This document shows positions 31,912 through 41,681 of a stretch of DNA of 64,000 nt, in pieces. A program made the translations under genes and the position numbers. This DNA is from an uncultured Nitrospiraceae bacterium (lineage in GTDB: Bacteria > Nitrospirota > Nitrospiria > Nitrospirales > Nitrospiraceae). The notes under the pieces are model-generated. The model was not told where the DNA came from and did not search any database. It worked only from the letters and a program-made list of their open reading frames with translations. Location: the NCBI GenBank assembly GCA_963706325.1, contig CAVPLT010000004.1, positions 960,001-1,024,000 of the forward strand. The letters run 5' to 3'. Numbering within the stretch: position 1 is the stretch's first letter; the number at the start of each line of letters is the position of its first letter.

Positions 31912-31949
31912 ATACAGGTTCTCCTGTATCGCCTTCGCGACTAGTCGCG
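31912..31949 (+). promoter_or_regulatory. Palindromic operator-like sites upstream of pqqA
   Basis: atacagg-ttct-cctgtat (31912-31929) and cgcgactagtcgcg (31936-31949), followed by tactct (possible -10). Confidence 0.5.
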
Positions 31950-31997
31950 CCTACTCTGCTGCCATGTAGTCACAATCTCTTGTTAGATGGAGGAACC

Positions 31998-32150
31998 ATG
32001 ATGAAATGGGAGTCCCCTGTATTTCTCGAAGTGAAAATGGATGCCGAGATCGGCTCCTATCAAGACGACTTTGAGAATGTCCCGGATGTCACCGAACACA
32101 CGAAGTCTCTAGGCGCGCAGATCAATGACACCGCTTCACAGAATCTTTGA
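31998..32150 (+). CDS. pqqA: PQQ precursor peptide PqqA (50 aa, extended C-terminus)
   Basis: Hand translation MMKWESPVFLEVKMDAEIGSYQDDFENVPDVTEHTKSLGAQINDTASQNL: W..P leader and E-x3-Y core (EIGSY); RBS ggagga; first gene before pqqB. Confidence 0.88.
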   Translation: MMKWESPVFLEVKMDAEIGSYQDDFENVPDVTEHTKSLGAQINDTASQNL

Positions 32151-32204
32151 AAACCATGAGGACACAAGAGAATGCAGGTGTTGAAAAGAGCGTTCCTCAT
32201 GAAG

Positions 32205-32329
32205 GCAGGATTGTTCAAAAAGGCCGTTCAGCGAGGCAGCAGCGAGTGAAAAGTTGAGGCGTGCCCTCAGAGGAACGTTGAAGCTCTGAGGTGACTCGAG
32301 AACGCTGGCGGACCTTTTCACCACCCCGC
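32205..32329 (+). repeat. Interspersed MITE/REP-like element between pqqA and pqqB
   Basis: gcaggattgttcaaaaaggccgttcagcgaggc...gagaacgctggcggaccttttcaccaccccgc; colinear with 24899..25025. Confidence 0.75.
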
Positions 32330-32341
32330 CTTAGGCAACCT

Positions 32342-33265
32342 ATGAAGATTCGTGTTCTAGGTTCTGCAGCCGGTGGAGCGTTCCCGCAATGGAATTGTGC
32401 CTGTTTCAATTGCCGAGGCCTGCGGGAGGGACTGATCAAGGCCGTTCCTCGGACCCAGGAGTCGGTAGGCTTGAGCACTTGCGATGGCGACTGGGTTCTC
32501 ATCAACGCCTCTCCGGACATTCGCGCGCAGATTGAAAGTTTCAAGGGTCTTTATCCAAGACGGTCACGGGACACGCCGATCCAGGCGATTTTCTTGACCA
32601 ACGGTGATCTGGATCACTGCCTTGGGCTATTGTCGCTTCGGGAGAATCAGCCGATCGTGGTCTATGCGACCGATGCGGTGCGTGAGGCATTGATGGAACG
32701 CAATGTCATGTTCCGGACGCTTCGACGGTTTGCTCGGCAGGTGACTTGGCGCAGCCTGAAGCGTGACGTCGAAGAATCCATTGTGGCCGTGGACGGGCGC
32801 CACTTGGGATTGACGGTCATGGCCAGGGCCGTTCCGGGAAAGCCTCCCGTCCATTTGGAGCAACTCGTCTCTGCGGATGACCCGGACCTGAACGTCGGAC
32901 TCAGAATCAGGCAATCCGCCCATGGACCAAGCCTGGCCTACCTGCCCGCTGTCGGCAGGATCACCCAGCCGGTCTTCGAACTGATGGAAAACGCGGATTG
33001 CGTCTTCTTCGACGGCACCTTCTGGTCACCTGATGAACTGGCGGCGCAAGGCCTGCCGGGAAAGTCAGCGCAGGAGATGGCGCATTGGCCTGTCGGAGGA
33101 GAAGACGGAAGCCTCGCGCTGCTTTCCCACCTCTCCGCCGATCGGCGCGTGCTCATTCACATCAACAATACCAATCCGGTGCTGAGGGAGGATTCCCTTG
33201 AGCGGAAGGACGTGGAGGCGGCGGGATGGGAGGTGGCCTGGGACGGAATGGAGATCAGGATATGA
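32342..33265 (+). CDS. pqqB: PQQ biosynthesis protein PqqB
   Basis: LGSAAGGAFPQWNCACFNC, RTQES, NASPDIR, DLDH, FDGTFW, IHINNTNP. Confidence 0.95.
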   Translation: MKIRVLGSAAGGAFPQWNCACFNCRGLREGLIKAVPRTQESVGLSTCDGDWVLINASPDIRAQIESFKGLYPRRSRDTPIQAIFLTNGDLDHCLGLLSLRENQPIVVYATDAVREALMERNVMFRTLRRFARQVTWRSLKRDVEESIVAVDGRHLGLTVMARAVPGKPPVHLEQLVSADDPDLNVGLRIRQSAHGPSLAYLPAVGRITQPVFELMENADCVFFDGTFWSPDELAAQGLPGKSAQEMAHWPVGGEDGSLALLSHLSADRRVLIHINNTNPVLREDSLERKDVEAAGWEVAWDGMEIRI

Positions 33266-34026
33266 ACGAAGCTTACGATCAGAGCCCGCATTCAACTGAA
33301 GTTTTCGTGGAGCGGCTCAGACGTGAGGGGAGCGGCCGGTACCATGACCATCATCCCTTCCACCGGCTCATGCACAATGGAGATTTGACGAGGCGTCAGC
33401 TCCAACAGTGGGTCCTCAACCGGTACTACTACCAGACCCGAATTCCCATCAAGGATGCGCTGATCGTCTCGAAGTCCGAGGACCCAGCATTCCGTCGGAC
33501 ATGGCTGCGCCGTATCCAGGACCATGACGGTCCACGGGAAGGACAGGGCGGGCTGGCATCATGGCTGGTATTAGCTGGGGGCGTAGGGCTCGACGCAGAG
33601 GATGTGAGAAGCTGCCGCTTCGTGCTTCCGGGAGTCAGGCTGGCCTGCGACGGGTACGTGCAGTTTGTCCGCGAGAGTTCGTTGCTCGCAGCCGTGGCCT
33701 CCTCCCTCACGGAATTGTTTGCGCCCACGTTGATGGCGCGACGCGTGGAGGCATGGAAGCGCCATTATCCCTGGGTGAGTCAGGAAGCCCTGGGGTATTT
33801 TGAAATGCGTATTGCTTGCGCGAGCCTCGATTCGAAGCAGGCCGTCGAGTACGTGGTTCAGCATGCCACCACGCGTGACCTACAAGACCAATGCATGGCA
33901 GCATTGATCAAGAAGGCGGAGATTCTTTGGCACCTGCTCGATTGTCTCCACATGGACTCTGTGGAACGAGGGCAAGGATTGGAAATACACACGCATGATC
34001 AGCTCCATAGACAGGCCACAGCTTAA
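33262..34026 (+). CDS. pqqC: PQQ synthase PqqC
   Basis: YHDHHPFH, NRYYYQTRIPIKDA, RIQDHDG, SSLTELFAP; ATGA overlap with pqqB. Confidence 0.95.
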   Translation: MNEAYDQSPHSTEVFVERLRREGSGRYHDHHPFHRLMHNGDLTRRQLQQWVLNRYYYQTRIPIKDALIVSKSEDPAFRRTWLRRIQDHDGPREGQGGLASWLVLAGGVGLDAEDVRSCRFVLPGVRLACDGYVQFVRESSLLAAVASSLTELFAPTLMARRVEAWKRHYPWVSQEALGYFEMRIACASLDSKQAVEYVVQHATTRDLQDQCMAALIKKAEILWHLLDCLHMDSVERGQGLEIHTHDQLHRQATA

Positions 34027-34276
34027 GACGAAAGTCCGCCACCGCTTCGATCGAAGAACGGGCCGCTATTTGCTCCTCTATCCTGAAACGGGGCTTGAGC
34101 TGAACAACAGCGCGATGGAGATCGCACGGCTTTGCACGGGAGACTATACAGTCGATGACATCACCGAGCTTATCGCCCTGGCGTATGGCGATGTTTCGCC
34201 TATCGATATCAAACGCGAGGTGCAGGCTTTCCTCCATGCCCTTGACGGCCGTGGTCTCCTTCAAGGTCTGCCATGA
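33995..34276 (+). CDS. pqqD: PqqA-binding chaperone PqqD
   Basis: LLLYPETGLELN, position between pqqC and pqqE. Confidence 0.9.
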   Translation: MISSIDRPQLKTKVRHRFDRRTGRYLLLYPETGLELNNSAMEIARLCTGDYTVDDITELIALAYGDVSPIDIKREVQAFLHALDGRGLLQGLP

Positions 34277-35376
34277 AAAGCGAATGTCGCCCCTACACGC
34301 TGATCGCCGAACTCACCTACCGCTGTCCGCTGCGATGTCCCTACTGTTCGAATCCCCTCGACTATGCCAGCCGCCACAGCGAGATCGATGCCGGCACGTG
34401 GCTACGCGTGTTTGAGGAAGCGGAGGCTTTGGGTGTCGTTCAACTCAACCTGACCGGCGGTGAGCCGCTGATCAGAGACGATCTTGAACGCCTCGTCGAG
34501 GGCGCGCACAAGCTCGATTTGTACACGAACCTCATCACGAGCGGTATTCCCCTGACATTCGAGCGCCTCGCTCACTTGCGAGATCTTGGACTCAATAGCG
34601 TGCAGCTATCTATCCAGAGTACCAGGCCATCGGAGTCAGACCGCATATCTGGGACACCGTCATTCCGCCGAAAACTCGAAGCGATGCGGTGGGTCACCTC
34701 TCTCGGTCTTCCGCTGACCATGAATGTCGTGCTCCATCGCGCCAACATTGCGGAGGTTGCAGACTTCATCGCATTGGCTGAACTGATGTCTGCCGATCGA
34801 CTCGAGCTGGCGAACGCGCAATATCTTGGATGGGCGTTGCGGAACCGCTCGGCGCTCCTTCCCACTCACGAACAACTCGAAGGCGCGCGCACCCTTGCCG
34901 CTCATGCGCGAGGGCGACTGCAAGGAAAGATGGAGGTGCTCTTCGTCACTCCTGATTATTACTCGATCTATCCGAAATCCTGCATGGATGGGTGGGGACG
35001 CCGCTTCATCGTGGTGAACCCGGAAGGATTCGCCCTTCCATGCCACCTGGCGCAGACGATCCCGGGGCTGCAGTTTGACAACGTCGCGGAGCGCCGGCTC
35101 GAGGACATTTGGCACCATTCCTCCTGCTTCAATCGTTTCCGTCGGGAGGACTGGTTCCCTGATCCTTGCCGAACCTGTCACCGCCGCACCATCGATTTTG
35201 GGGGCTGTCGTTGTCAGGCCTTTCATTTGACCGGGAATGCGGGCGTCACCGATCCCGCTTGTTCCCTCTCATCGGACCATCGCCTGATTGAGGCGGCACG
35301 GAGCGAGGCCACGCACAGCGGAGAAACGCCGGTCCTGTTCGAATACCGGTCCGGTCGGGGATTCGCTCCACGATGA
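34273..35376 (+). CDS. pqqE: Radical SAM/SPASM PqqA cyclase PqqE
   Basis: AELTYRCPLRCPYCSNP, CMDGWG, LPCH, C..C.....DFGGCRCQA. Confidence 0.96.
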   Translation: MKSECRPYTLIAELTYRCPLRCPYCSNPLDYASRHSEIDAGTWLRVFEEAEALGVVQLNLTGGEPLIRDDLERLVEGAHKLDLYTNLITSGIPLTFERLAHLRDLGLNSVQLSIQSTRPSESDRISGTPSFRRKLEAMRWVTSLGLPLTMNVVLHRANIAEVADFIALAELMSADRLELANAQYLGWALRNRSALLPTHEQLEGARTLAAHARGRLQGKMEVLFVTPDYYSIYPKSCMDGWGRRFIVVNPEGFALPCHLAQTIPGLQFDNVAERRLEDIWHHSSCFNRFRREDWFPDPCRTCHRRTIDFGGCRCQAFHLTGNAGVTDPACSLSSDHRLIEAARSEATHSGETPVLFEYRSGRGFAPR

Positions 35377-35894
35377 TCCGACGCATGGATATCAGCCTGA
35401 TAATTTTGCTCACGCTGGCCGTTTCGGCCGCTCTGTTTGCGTTTCTGAAGGACCGTTCCCTGCCGATGGAGGGGCTGTATGCAAGCGGCCGACTCATCGG
35501 GAATGTCTGGGTTGAATTGCTGCTGGGCTTCCTCATTGCGGGACTTGTTGAGGTACTCATCTCACCCCCGCAAATCACGGCATGGTTGGGACCTGAGTCC
35601 TCGATGCGGGGAATCTTTATCGGATGGATGGCCGGTCTGGCGATTCCAGGAGGACCGTATCTACTCTTTCCTTTGGCAGCCGGGTTGTTCACAAGCGGAG
35701 CGGCTCCCGGTGCCGTGATTGCGTTGATTACCGCCAAGACATTGCTGAGCCCGGTCCGGATGCTGACGTATGAAGCTCCGCTGATGGGTTGGCCCTTGAC
35801 CTTGGCCCGGTGCCTGCCGGCTCTCCTTCTTCCTCCGTTGATGGGAATGCTTGGACAGTGGCTGTTCAACCTAATGACGAAGAGATTCACCTGA
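35373..35894 (+). CDS. Small membrane permease (DUF318-like)
   Basis: Hydrophobic; GFLIAG, WLG, PGGPY, GAAPGAV. Confidence 0.6.
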   Translation: MIRRMDISLIILLTLAVSAALFAFLKDRSLPMEGLYASGRLIGNVWVELLLGFLIAGLVEVLISPPQITAWLGPESSMRGIFIGWMAGLAIPGGPYLLFPLAAGLFTSGAAPGAVIALITAKTLLSPVRMLTYEAPLMGWPLTLARCLPALLLPPLMGMLGQWLFNLMTKRFT

Positions 35895-35923
35895 AAGCCA
35901 TCCACCGGAGAAAGGGCGCAACT

Positions 35924-37036
35924 ATGAATCACATGCTTGCGGCGGCGTCCCCCATCATGGCCCTTTTGTGTACCGCCTGCGGCGTCTACGCCGGCTCGCT
36001 TCCTCTGGATAAGATCACGCTTCCTCCCGGCTTTTCGATCACGGTCTATGCCGACAACGTTCCAAATGCTCGGGGAATGGCGCTCGGACAGAACGGCACG
36101 CTGTTCGTGGGCAGTCGGAGCAAAGGCGAAGTCTACGCCGTGGTAGACAAAGACGGCGATCATCGCGCGGACGAGGTGATGACCATCGCCCGCGGCTTAC
36201 AGATGCCGGTCGGCGTCGCCTACCGGAACGGCTCGCTCTATGTCTCCGCTGTGGATCGCATCCTGCGTTTCGATCAGATCGAACAACGGTTGACGAATCC
36301 GCCCGCACCGGTGGTGGTCACGGATCGCTTTCCGCAAGAGACAAGTCACGGGTGGAAATTCATTGCCTTCGGCCCTGACGGGAAACTCTATGTACCGGTC
36401 GGAGCGCCATGCAATATTTGTGAGCCCGATCCGGACCGCTATGCCTTGATTGCGCGCATGAACCCAGATGGGAACGGGTATGAGATCGTCGCGCGTGGAG
36501 TTCGGAACTCCGTCGGATTCGATTGGGATCCCAGGAACCAAGAGTTGTGGTTCACGGAGAACGGCCGCGATTATCTCGGGGATAATCGGCCGCCGGATGA
36601 ACTCAACCATGCGCCCAAGCCGGGGCTGCATTTTGGCTATCCCTATTGCCATGGGGGAACGATTTCGGATCCTGAATACGGCGGCAAACATGCCTGCCAT
36701 GAATTCACTGCTCCTGCGATCGCGCTTGGCCCCCATGTCGCTTCCCTAGGCATGCGCTTCTACACCGGCGAGATGTTCCCCCCAGAATACCGGAATCAAA
36801 TCCTCATTGCCGAGCATGGCTCCTGGAACCGCAGCGACAAAATCGGCTATCGGATCACGATGGTGACGCGAGACGGTCAGGATCGCCTCCGGTATTCCGT
36901 ATTCGCTGAAGGATGGCTGCAGGGAAAAGACGCATGGGGACGCCCCGTTGATCTCCTCGTCATGCCGGACGGCGCTCTGTTGGTTTCAGACGATTTGGCC
37001 GGCGTGATTTACCGGATCAGTTACAGAAAGCCATAG
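35924..37036 (+). CDS. PQQ-dependent sugar/sorbosone dehydrogenase (beta-propeller)
   Basis: HGWKFIAFGPDGKLYVPVGAPCNIC, GVRNSVG, PPDELN, EHGSWNR, GRPVD. Confidence 0.9.
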   Translation: MNHMLAAASPIMALLCTACGVYAGSLPLDKITLPPGFSITVYADNVPNARGMALGQNGTLFVGSRSKGEVYAVVDKDGDHRADEVMTIARGLQMPVGVAYRNGSLYVSAVDRILRFDQIEQRLTNPPAPVVVTDRFPQETSHGWKFIAFGPDGKLYVPVGAPCNICEPDPDRYALIARMNPDGNGYEIVARGVRNSVGFDWDPRNQELWFTENGRDYLGDNRPPDELNHAPKPGLHFGYPYCHGGTISDPEYGGKHACHEFTAPAIALGPHVASLGMRFYTGEMFPPEYRNQILIAEHGSWNRSDKIGYRITMVTRDGQDRLRYSVFAEGWLQGKDAWGRPVDLLVMPDGALLVSDDLAGVIYRISYRKP

Positions 37037-37258
37037 GGGTGGTCCGAGAACGGATTACTCGGACCTACTCCTAGCGGCATCTTCCTCCAAGCCATCAATA
37101 TTTATTTTCCCTGAATGCGGCTTGGCGGTTCGACGTGGACTCTACAGGAAATCTCTCTTCAGATTACAAAATCCACTGTATCGCCTCTTCGAATCGCTCA
37201 GCTTAGGCTGCTCCTCATCATGATGTTGAGAGCGGGGGTTCATGGATTATTATCCCAC

Positions 37259-37990
37259 ATGGATATGCCCGCGGTGCGGTTGAAAGGGATGGTGGCTCTC
37301 ATCGCGGGTGGGACGGAAGATGTGAGCAAAGGCATTGTGCGGGCTTTCCTGCGAGCGGGGGCGGTCGTCGTGGTGCCCTCCTCGTCGGCGGAACAGCTCG
37401 AGCGTCTCCGTGACGAACTCCACGAATTCCCGGTCGAAGATTTGGTGACTATTTTCGGCGACGTAGGCCGGCTGGACGAAGCGGAACGTATTCGGGAGGT
37501 CATGATCGGCCGAGTCGGCCGGCTCGACGCTATCGTGGCCTCGCTGGGCCGATGGCGCCATGCCCAACCCCTGGTCGATCTTTCATTGGAAAGCTGGGAG
37601 CATACCTTGCGCGAGAATCTCACGGCTCACTTTGCCGTCATTCACACGTTCATCCCGATGCTGAGAGCTCAGGGACACGGGAGCTACACCTTTCTGAAAC
37701 ACATTGATCCGACGGGTTCGGCGGCTCATGAGGACAAGAGCGCGGTCACAGGGTCGTCTCAAGAGATGCTGGTTTGCGCGCTGGTGGAAGAAATGGCGAA
37801 TACGCGAGTGCGAATCAACGAGGTGACTGTGTGTCCGGACAGCGCCATGGAAAAAGGCACGACTCATTCGCCGGGCCGATCATTCGGTGACGCTGTAGGG
37901 ATGTTCACTGCCTGGCTGGCTTCCGCCGACGGCGCATCCGTGCGAGGGGCAACCATCCGGTCGGTCCCTCGTCCGCCTGCAGCAACATAA
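37259..37990 (+). CDS. Atypical SDR-family oxidoreductase
   Basis: LKGMVALIAGG, GRLDAIVASLG, VRINEV; glycine loop degenerate and no YxxxK. Confidence 0.6.
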   Translation: MDMPAVRLKGMVALIAGGTEDVSKGIVRAFLRAGAVVVVPSSSAEQLERLRDELHEFPVEDLVTIFGDVGRLDEAERIREVMIGRVGRLDAIVASLGRWRHAQPLVDLSLESWEHTLRENLTAHFAVIHTFIPMLRAQGHGSYTFLKHIDPTGSAAHEDKSAVTGSSQEMLVCALVEEMANTRVRINEVTVCPDSAMEKGTTHSPGRSFGDAVGMFTAWLASADGASVRGATIRSVPRPPAAT

Positions 37991-38167
37991 CGGACGAGCG
38001 GACTGCGTAGAAGCCGTACCGACACCAACCTTCACGGGCAGGACGCAGGCGGCCCGTTCCCGAACCTTCGATTCCAATGAGACGATTTCTACACTCGCCA
38101 CAGTCGGCAGCGGCATGAATAAGGCCACCGTCAAGACAAAGCCGGCTGAATATTGCATGGAATTCAT
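37880..38167 (-). CDS. Possible small secreted hypothetical protein
   Basis: RBS aaggag before MNSMQ and a signal-like N-terminus; 3' end overlaps the SDR gene. Confidence 0.3.
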   Translation of the reverse strand: MNSMQYSAGFVLTVALFMPLPTVASVEIVSLESKVRERAACVLPVKVGVGTASTQSARPLCCCRRTRDRPDGCPSHGCAVGGSQPGSEHPYSVTE

Positions 38168-38297
38168 CTGACGCTCCTTTCGGTTCTTTGGGATCGAGAC
38201 AGGGTGGCCTTGAAACGGGTGCCGGCTTTCGTTGCCAACCAGGTAACACAAGGTATACAACCGCCGTCGTTCACTCACCGGGGCGGGCTGAGCGAAA

Positions 38298-40142
38298 CTA
38301 GACAGCCCGCGTCGATTTCTCTTCGGTCCGTCGCGGCCAGAGAATCAGTACTCCTGTGACTCCGGCCACCAGCGAAGCGATGAAGACGGCGATCTTCGCG
38401 GCGAAATAGTCTCGAGGGTTTTGAAAAGCCTGGCCGGCGATGAACAGCGACATCGTGAACCCGATGCCGGCGAGCGCGCCCGCCCCGAGCAATTGACGCC
38501 ATGAATAGGCCTCGGGTTTCACGGCGATGTTGAAACGCACCGCGAGCCAGGAAGTCGCGAAGATCCCGATGGGCTTGCCGAGCACAAGACCTAAAATAAT
38601 GCCCGTCATCAGCCGACCGTGCCCTTCGAACACATCGAGTGACAACGCCACTCCGGCATTGGCCAGGGCGAAGACTGGCAGCACCACGTAGCTGGACCAG
38701 GGCTCGACCAAGCGAAGAAGCTTACTGGCAGGAGATTCAATCCTGTCATGGATGGTATTGAAGGTCCGGAGAGCCGGTTCTGACGGTCCTTGATGCAGGA
38801 TGGCCTCGCCGACACGCTTGGCCTCCGCTCGAATGACGGCTTCGATCTGCGCCATCAGGGCAAGGAGATTCGGGGGCGGACGGGTGGGTGTCACCGCGGC
38901 CAGAATGACGCCGGCCAGCGTTGCATGGATCCCCGCGCCATGCAAGCAGGCCCAGAGCAGCAGCCCGACCAGCGCGTAAGGGGGCGAACGATAGACGCCC
39001 AACCGGTTGAGCGTGCCGAGTAGTCCGATCACGCCCAGAGAAGCGAGAAGATACCGGAGATCGATGGCCTCGGTGTAGACAAAGGCGATCAGCGCGATCG
39101 CCACCAAATCGTCCATGATGACAGCCGCGGTTAGGAACACGCGTAGTTCCACTGGGACACGATCTCCGAGCAGGACAATCAACGCCACCGCAAAGGCGGT
39201 ATCCGTGGCAATGGTCATGCCCCAGCCTCCATGCAGAGGGCCGGGAGGGACGATGAAGAGGTAGATGAGCGCAGGCATAATCATCCCGCCGAGCGCCGCC
39301 ATTACCGGCAATGCGGCGGCGCGACGCGTGGCCAGGCGGCCCACCGTGAATTCGCGCTTGATCTCGAGCCCGACCACCAGGAAGAAAATGGTCAGCAGCC
39401 CGTCGTTCACCCACTGCAATAAAGGCAACGTAAACACGTGCCCGTTTAATTGAAACCCAAAACTCTCGCTCCACCAGGACTGGACGGCGGGGCCGAACTG
39501 GGAATTCGTCAGCAGGACAGCGACGACCGACATGAGCAGAAGTGATAGGCCGGCCGATGGGCCCCATCGGACGAAATCCACCGTGGCCCTGTGAAGGCGC
39601 TGGCCGAGTGAGCCCAGCATGGCCTCAGCCAGCGAATTCTCGTCCCACGGGCCTTCGTAGCGACGGCCGTTGATGAAGAAGGTGGGTGTTTCCAGCACGC
39701 CGCTGCGTTCTGCGCTGTGAGTGTCTTCCTTGACCCGCGTCTCCGCCGCCTGCCTTACCGTCTTATCCCTCGCATCGCTCGGCGGCACATCGGCCTCCGA
39801 TGCGATCCGCTCCAGGTCACCGTCATGGACCGCAGGCCCCAGCTTCATGAGGACATCGTGAACCGTCCAGAATTTACCGGTGGTCTGCGACGCGTATTCC
39901 GCAAGTTTTGCGGCTTGTTCGGCTTCCTCGCTGCCTATGATGGGTCGATGTCGGAAGACGTACCGCATCCTGGGTCCGAATTGTCCGCGCAGCGCGTCGA
40001 CGATGTCATGCGCGGCTTGACAGTAACGGCAGGCATAGCTACCGTACTCGACCAGAGTGACGCCGGCATCGGAATTTCCCAGGATATGATCCCGGTGGCT
40101 ATCGACTGGACGATCTAACTTGGTGGCCCTGGCATGATCCAT
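38298..40142 (-). CDS. nhaA: Na+/H+ antiporter NhaA with N-terminal DsbA/thioredoxin domain
   Basis: [10 protein letters not shown] and TPTFFING (thioredoxin fold); [38 protein letters not shown]. Confidence 0.92.
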   Translation of the reverse strand: MDHARATKLDRPVDSHRDHILGNSDAGVTLVEYGSYACRYCQAAHDIVDALRGQFGPRMRYVFRHRPIIGSEEAEQAAKLAEYASQTTGKFWTVHDVLMKLGPAVHDGDLERIASEADVPPSDARDKTVRQAAETRVKEDTHSAERSGVLETPTFFINGRRYEGPWDENSLAEAMLGSLGQRLHRATVDFVRWGPSAGLSLLLMSVVAVLLTNSQFGPAVQSWWSESFGFQLNGHVFTLPLLQWVNDGLLTIFFLVVGLEIKREFTVGRLATRRAAALPVMAALGGMIMPALIYLFIVPPGPLHGGWGMTIATDTAFAVALIVLLGDRVPVELRVFLTAAVIMDDLVAIALIAFVYTEAIDLRYLLASLGVIGLLGTLNRLGVYRSPPYALVGLLLWACLHGAGIHATLAGVILAAVTPTRPPPNLLALMAQIEAVIRAEAKRVGEAILHQGPSEPALRTFNTIHDRIESPASKLLRLVEPWSSYVVLPVFALANAGVALSLDVFEGHGRLMTGIILGLVLGKPIGIFATSWLAVRFNIAVKPEAYSWRQLLGAGALAGIGFTMSLFIAGQAFQNPRDYFAAKIAVFIASLVAGVTGVLILWPRRTEEKSTRAV

Positions 40143-40251
40143 TTTTGGTATCTCCTGAGAGAAACCCTAGAGGGCAGGTTTCTGGCTTTTTCAGATACCG
40201 CCGGACTGTAGGCGTGAAGGCGCCCAAATACTTTTATACATCTTTGCCAGA

Positions 40252-40265
40252 GGCAAGGCACTTGC
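40252..40265 (+). promoter_or_regulatory. Possible sigma-54 -24/-12 element
   Basis: GGcaaggcacttGC (GG-N10-GC with TTGC), but about 430 nt from the next gene. Confidence 0.3.
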
Positions 40266-40699
40266 TCAAATACAGCGCTAGCGCAATCAACGGCCTGCCT
40301 CCTACGTGGGCAGGCTGGGCGACTAAAATCTGACACCGCTTCATTGCTCACAACACCCCAAATCAGGAGTAGGGAATCAGAAACAAGAGACTTGGAGCAG
40401 ACACACAACCAGCTCATGAGGACCAACGTTTTACCATCGATTACACCGATTCATAGTGATATTCTGACCCACCCAACTCATTATCAGAGCGAGGCGCCAA
40501 TGGGGATATCTATGACATTACCCAGCGGAATTCTCTGGCCTCCGGCATCGCAGCTTGCTACCGAGCCGCGGCTTCAACGGAGGCCTTAACTGATGTCTCG
40601 GCTATCGAACATGGCCGGAGGTGATGACCACTCGTCTCGGGGAGTTGCACCCAGGGTATTTAAACCCACAATTACTCATGAAATGCAAAGGAGAAGCGG

Positions 40700-41635
40700 A
40701 TGCAGAAATTAGCGGCGGTTGTTGGTTCGATTGTTCTCAGCGTGGGGGTGTTAGTGGTCAATGGGTTCGCCGATCAGGGGGGACACGGTGCTGGAGAGAC
40801 TCACGGCGGGGGAACCCATATGAAGGTCAGTGGAGTGGTGTCTAAGATTCAATCCGATTTAATTACGGTGAAGACACCGTGGGGTCAACTTCGGATTGCC
40901 TCCTCCACGGCGCCCAAGAATCTAGAAGTCGGTGAGGAAGTGGAGATGCAGGTCAACGAAAACAATGCGGTCATCGATGTCCATCGGAAGGGAGATCCGG
41001 CCCACTCACACCGCTTTGTGTCCGGCAAACTGGCTTATGCCTCGAAGGACCGAAGAGAGATCAAGCTCTGGACGCCGGAAGGCGAGAAAGCGTTTGACGT
41101 GCAAACGGGAAGATCGCAATTATCCGGCATCGACGAGGGCACGCCGATCGCCATCGAGTTGAACGAGCAAGGCAAAGTTATCGACATTCACCGCCTGACG
41201 GTTGAGATCGCGATCGAGGAACATCCCCACACGAAATCCGGTCATCACCTGACCCTGGAGGGAGTGGTGACCAAAATTCAATCCGGATTGGCTTACGTGA
41301 AGACACCGGTTGGCCAATATACCATTCCCATGAAGCAAGCTCCGGCCGATGCTGCCGTCGGTGACGAAGTGAAGTTATGGTTGAATGAAGAAAATTTGGT
41401 CATTGACCATCATGGGAAACATAAGAATAAGCCGGGAACACACAGACTGGTATCAGGCAAGCTCATCTATGCCGGTTTGACGAAAAAAGAAATCAAGCTT
41501 TGGACCCCCGAAGGAGAAAAGGTGTTCCCGCTTGATCGTATGGAAATCAAGACGAAGCCGATCGAAGAAGGCTCGATGATTGTCGTGGAATTGGACGAGA
41601 AGGGTACCGTCATCGATCTTCGAAAGGCTGAATAA
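40700..41635 (+). CDS. Secreted His-rich protein with internal tandem repeats
   Basis: Signal peptide; duplicated GVV.KIQS...VKTP.GQ...VG.EV....NE.N.VID.H and HR.VSGKL.YA....EIKLWTPEGEK. Confidence 0.8.
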   Translation: MQKLAAVVGSIVLSVGVLVVNGFADQGGHGAGETHGGGTHMKVSGVVSKIQSDLITVKTPWGQLRIASSTAPKNLEVGEEVEMQVNENNAVIDVHRKGDPAHSHRFVSGKLAYASKDRREIKLWTPEGEKAFDVQTGRSQLSGIDEGTPIAIELNEQGKVIDIHRLTVEIAIEEHPHTKSGHHLTLEGVVTKIQSGLAYVKTPVGQYTIPMKQAPADAAVGDEVKLWLNEENLVIDHHGKHKNKPGTHRLVSGKLIYAGLTKKEIKLWTPEGEKVFPLDRMEIKTKPIEEGSMIVVELDEKGTVIDLRKAE

Positions 41636-41648
41636 GGCCGTCACGAAA

Positions 41649-41681
41649 CCGGCACACACATGACGCTCATGTGTGTGCCGG
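41649..41681. terminator. Perfect 15-bp stem-loop after the repeat-protein gene
   Basis: ccggcacacacatga-cgc-tcatgtgtgtgccgg; no U-tract. Confidence 0.5.
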
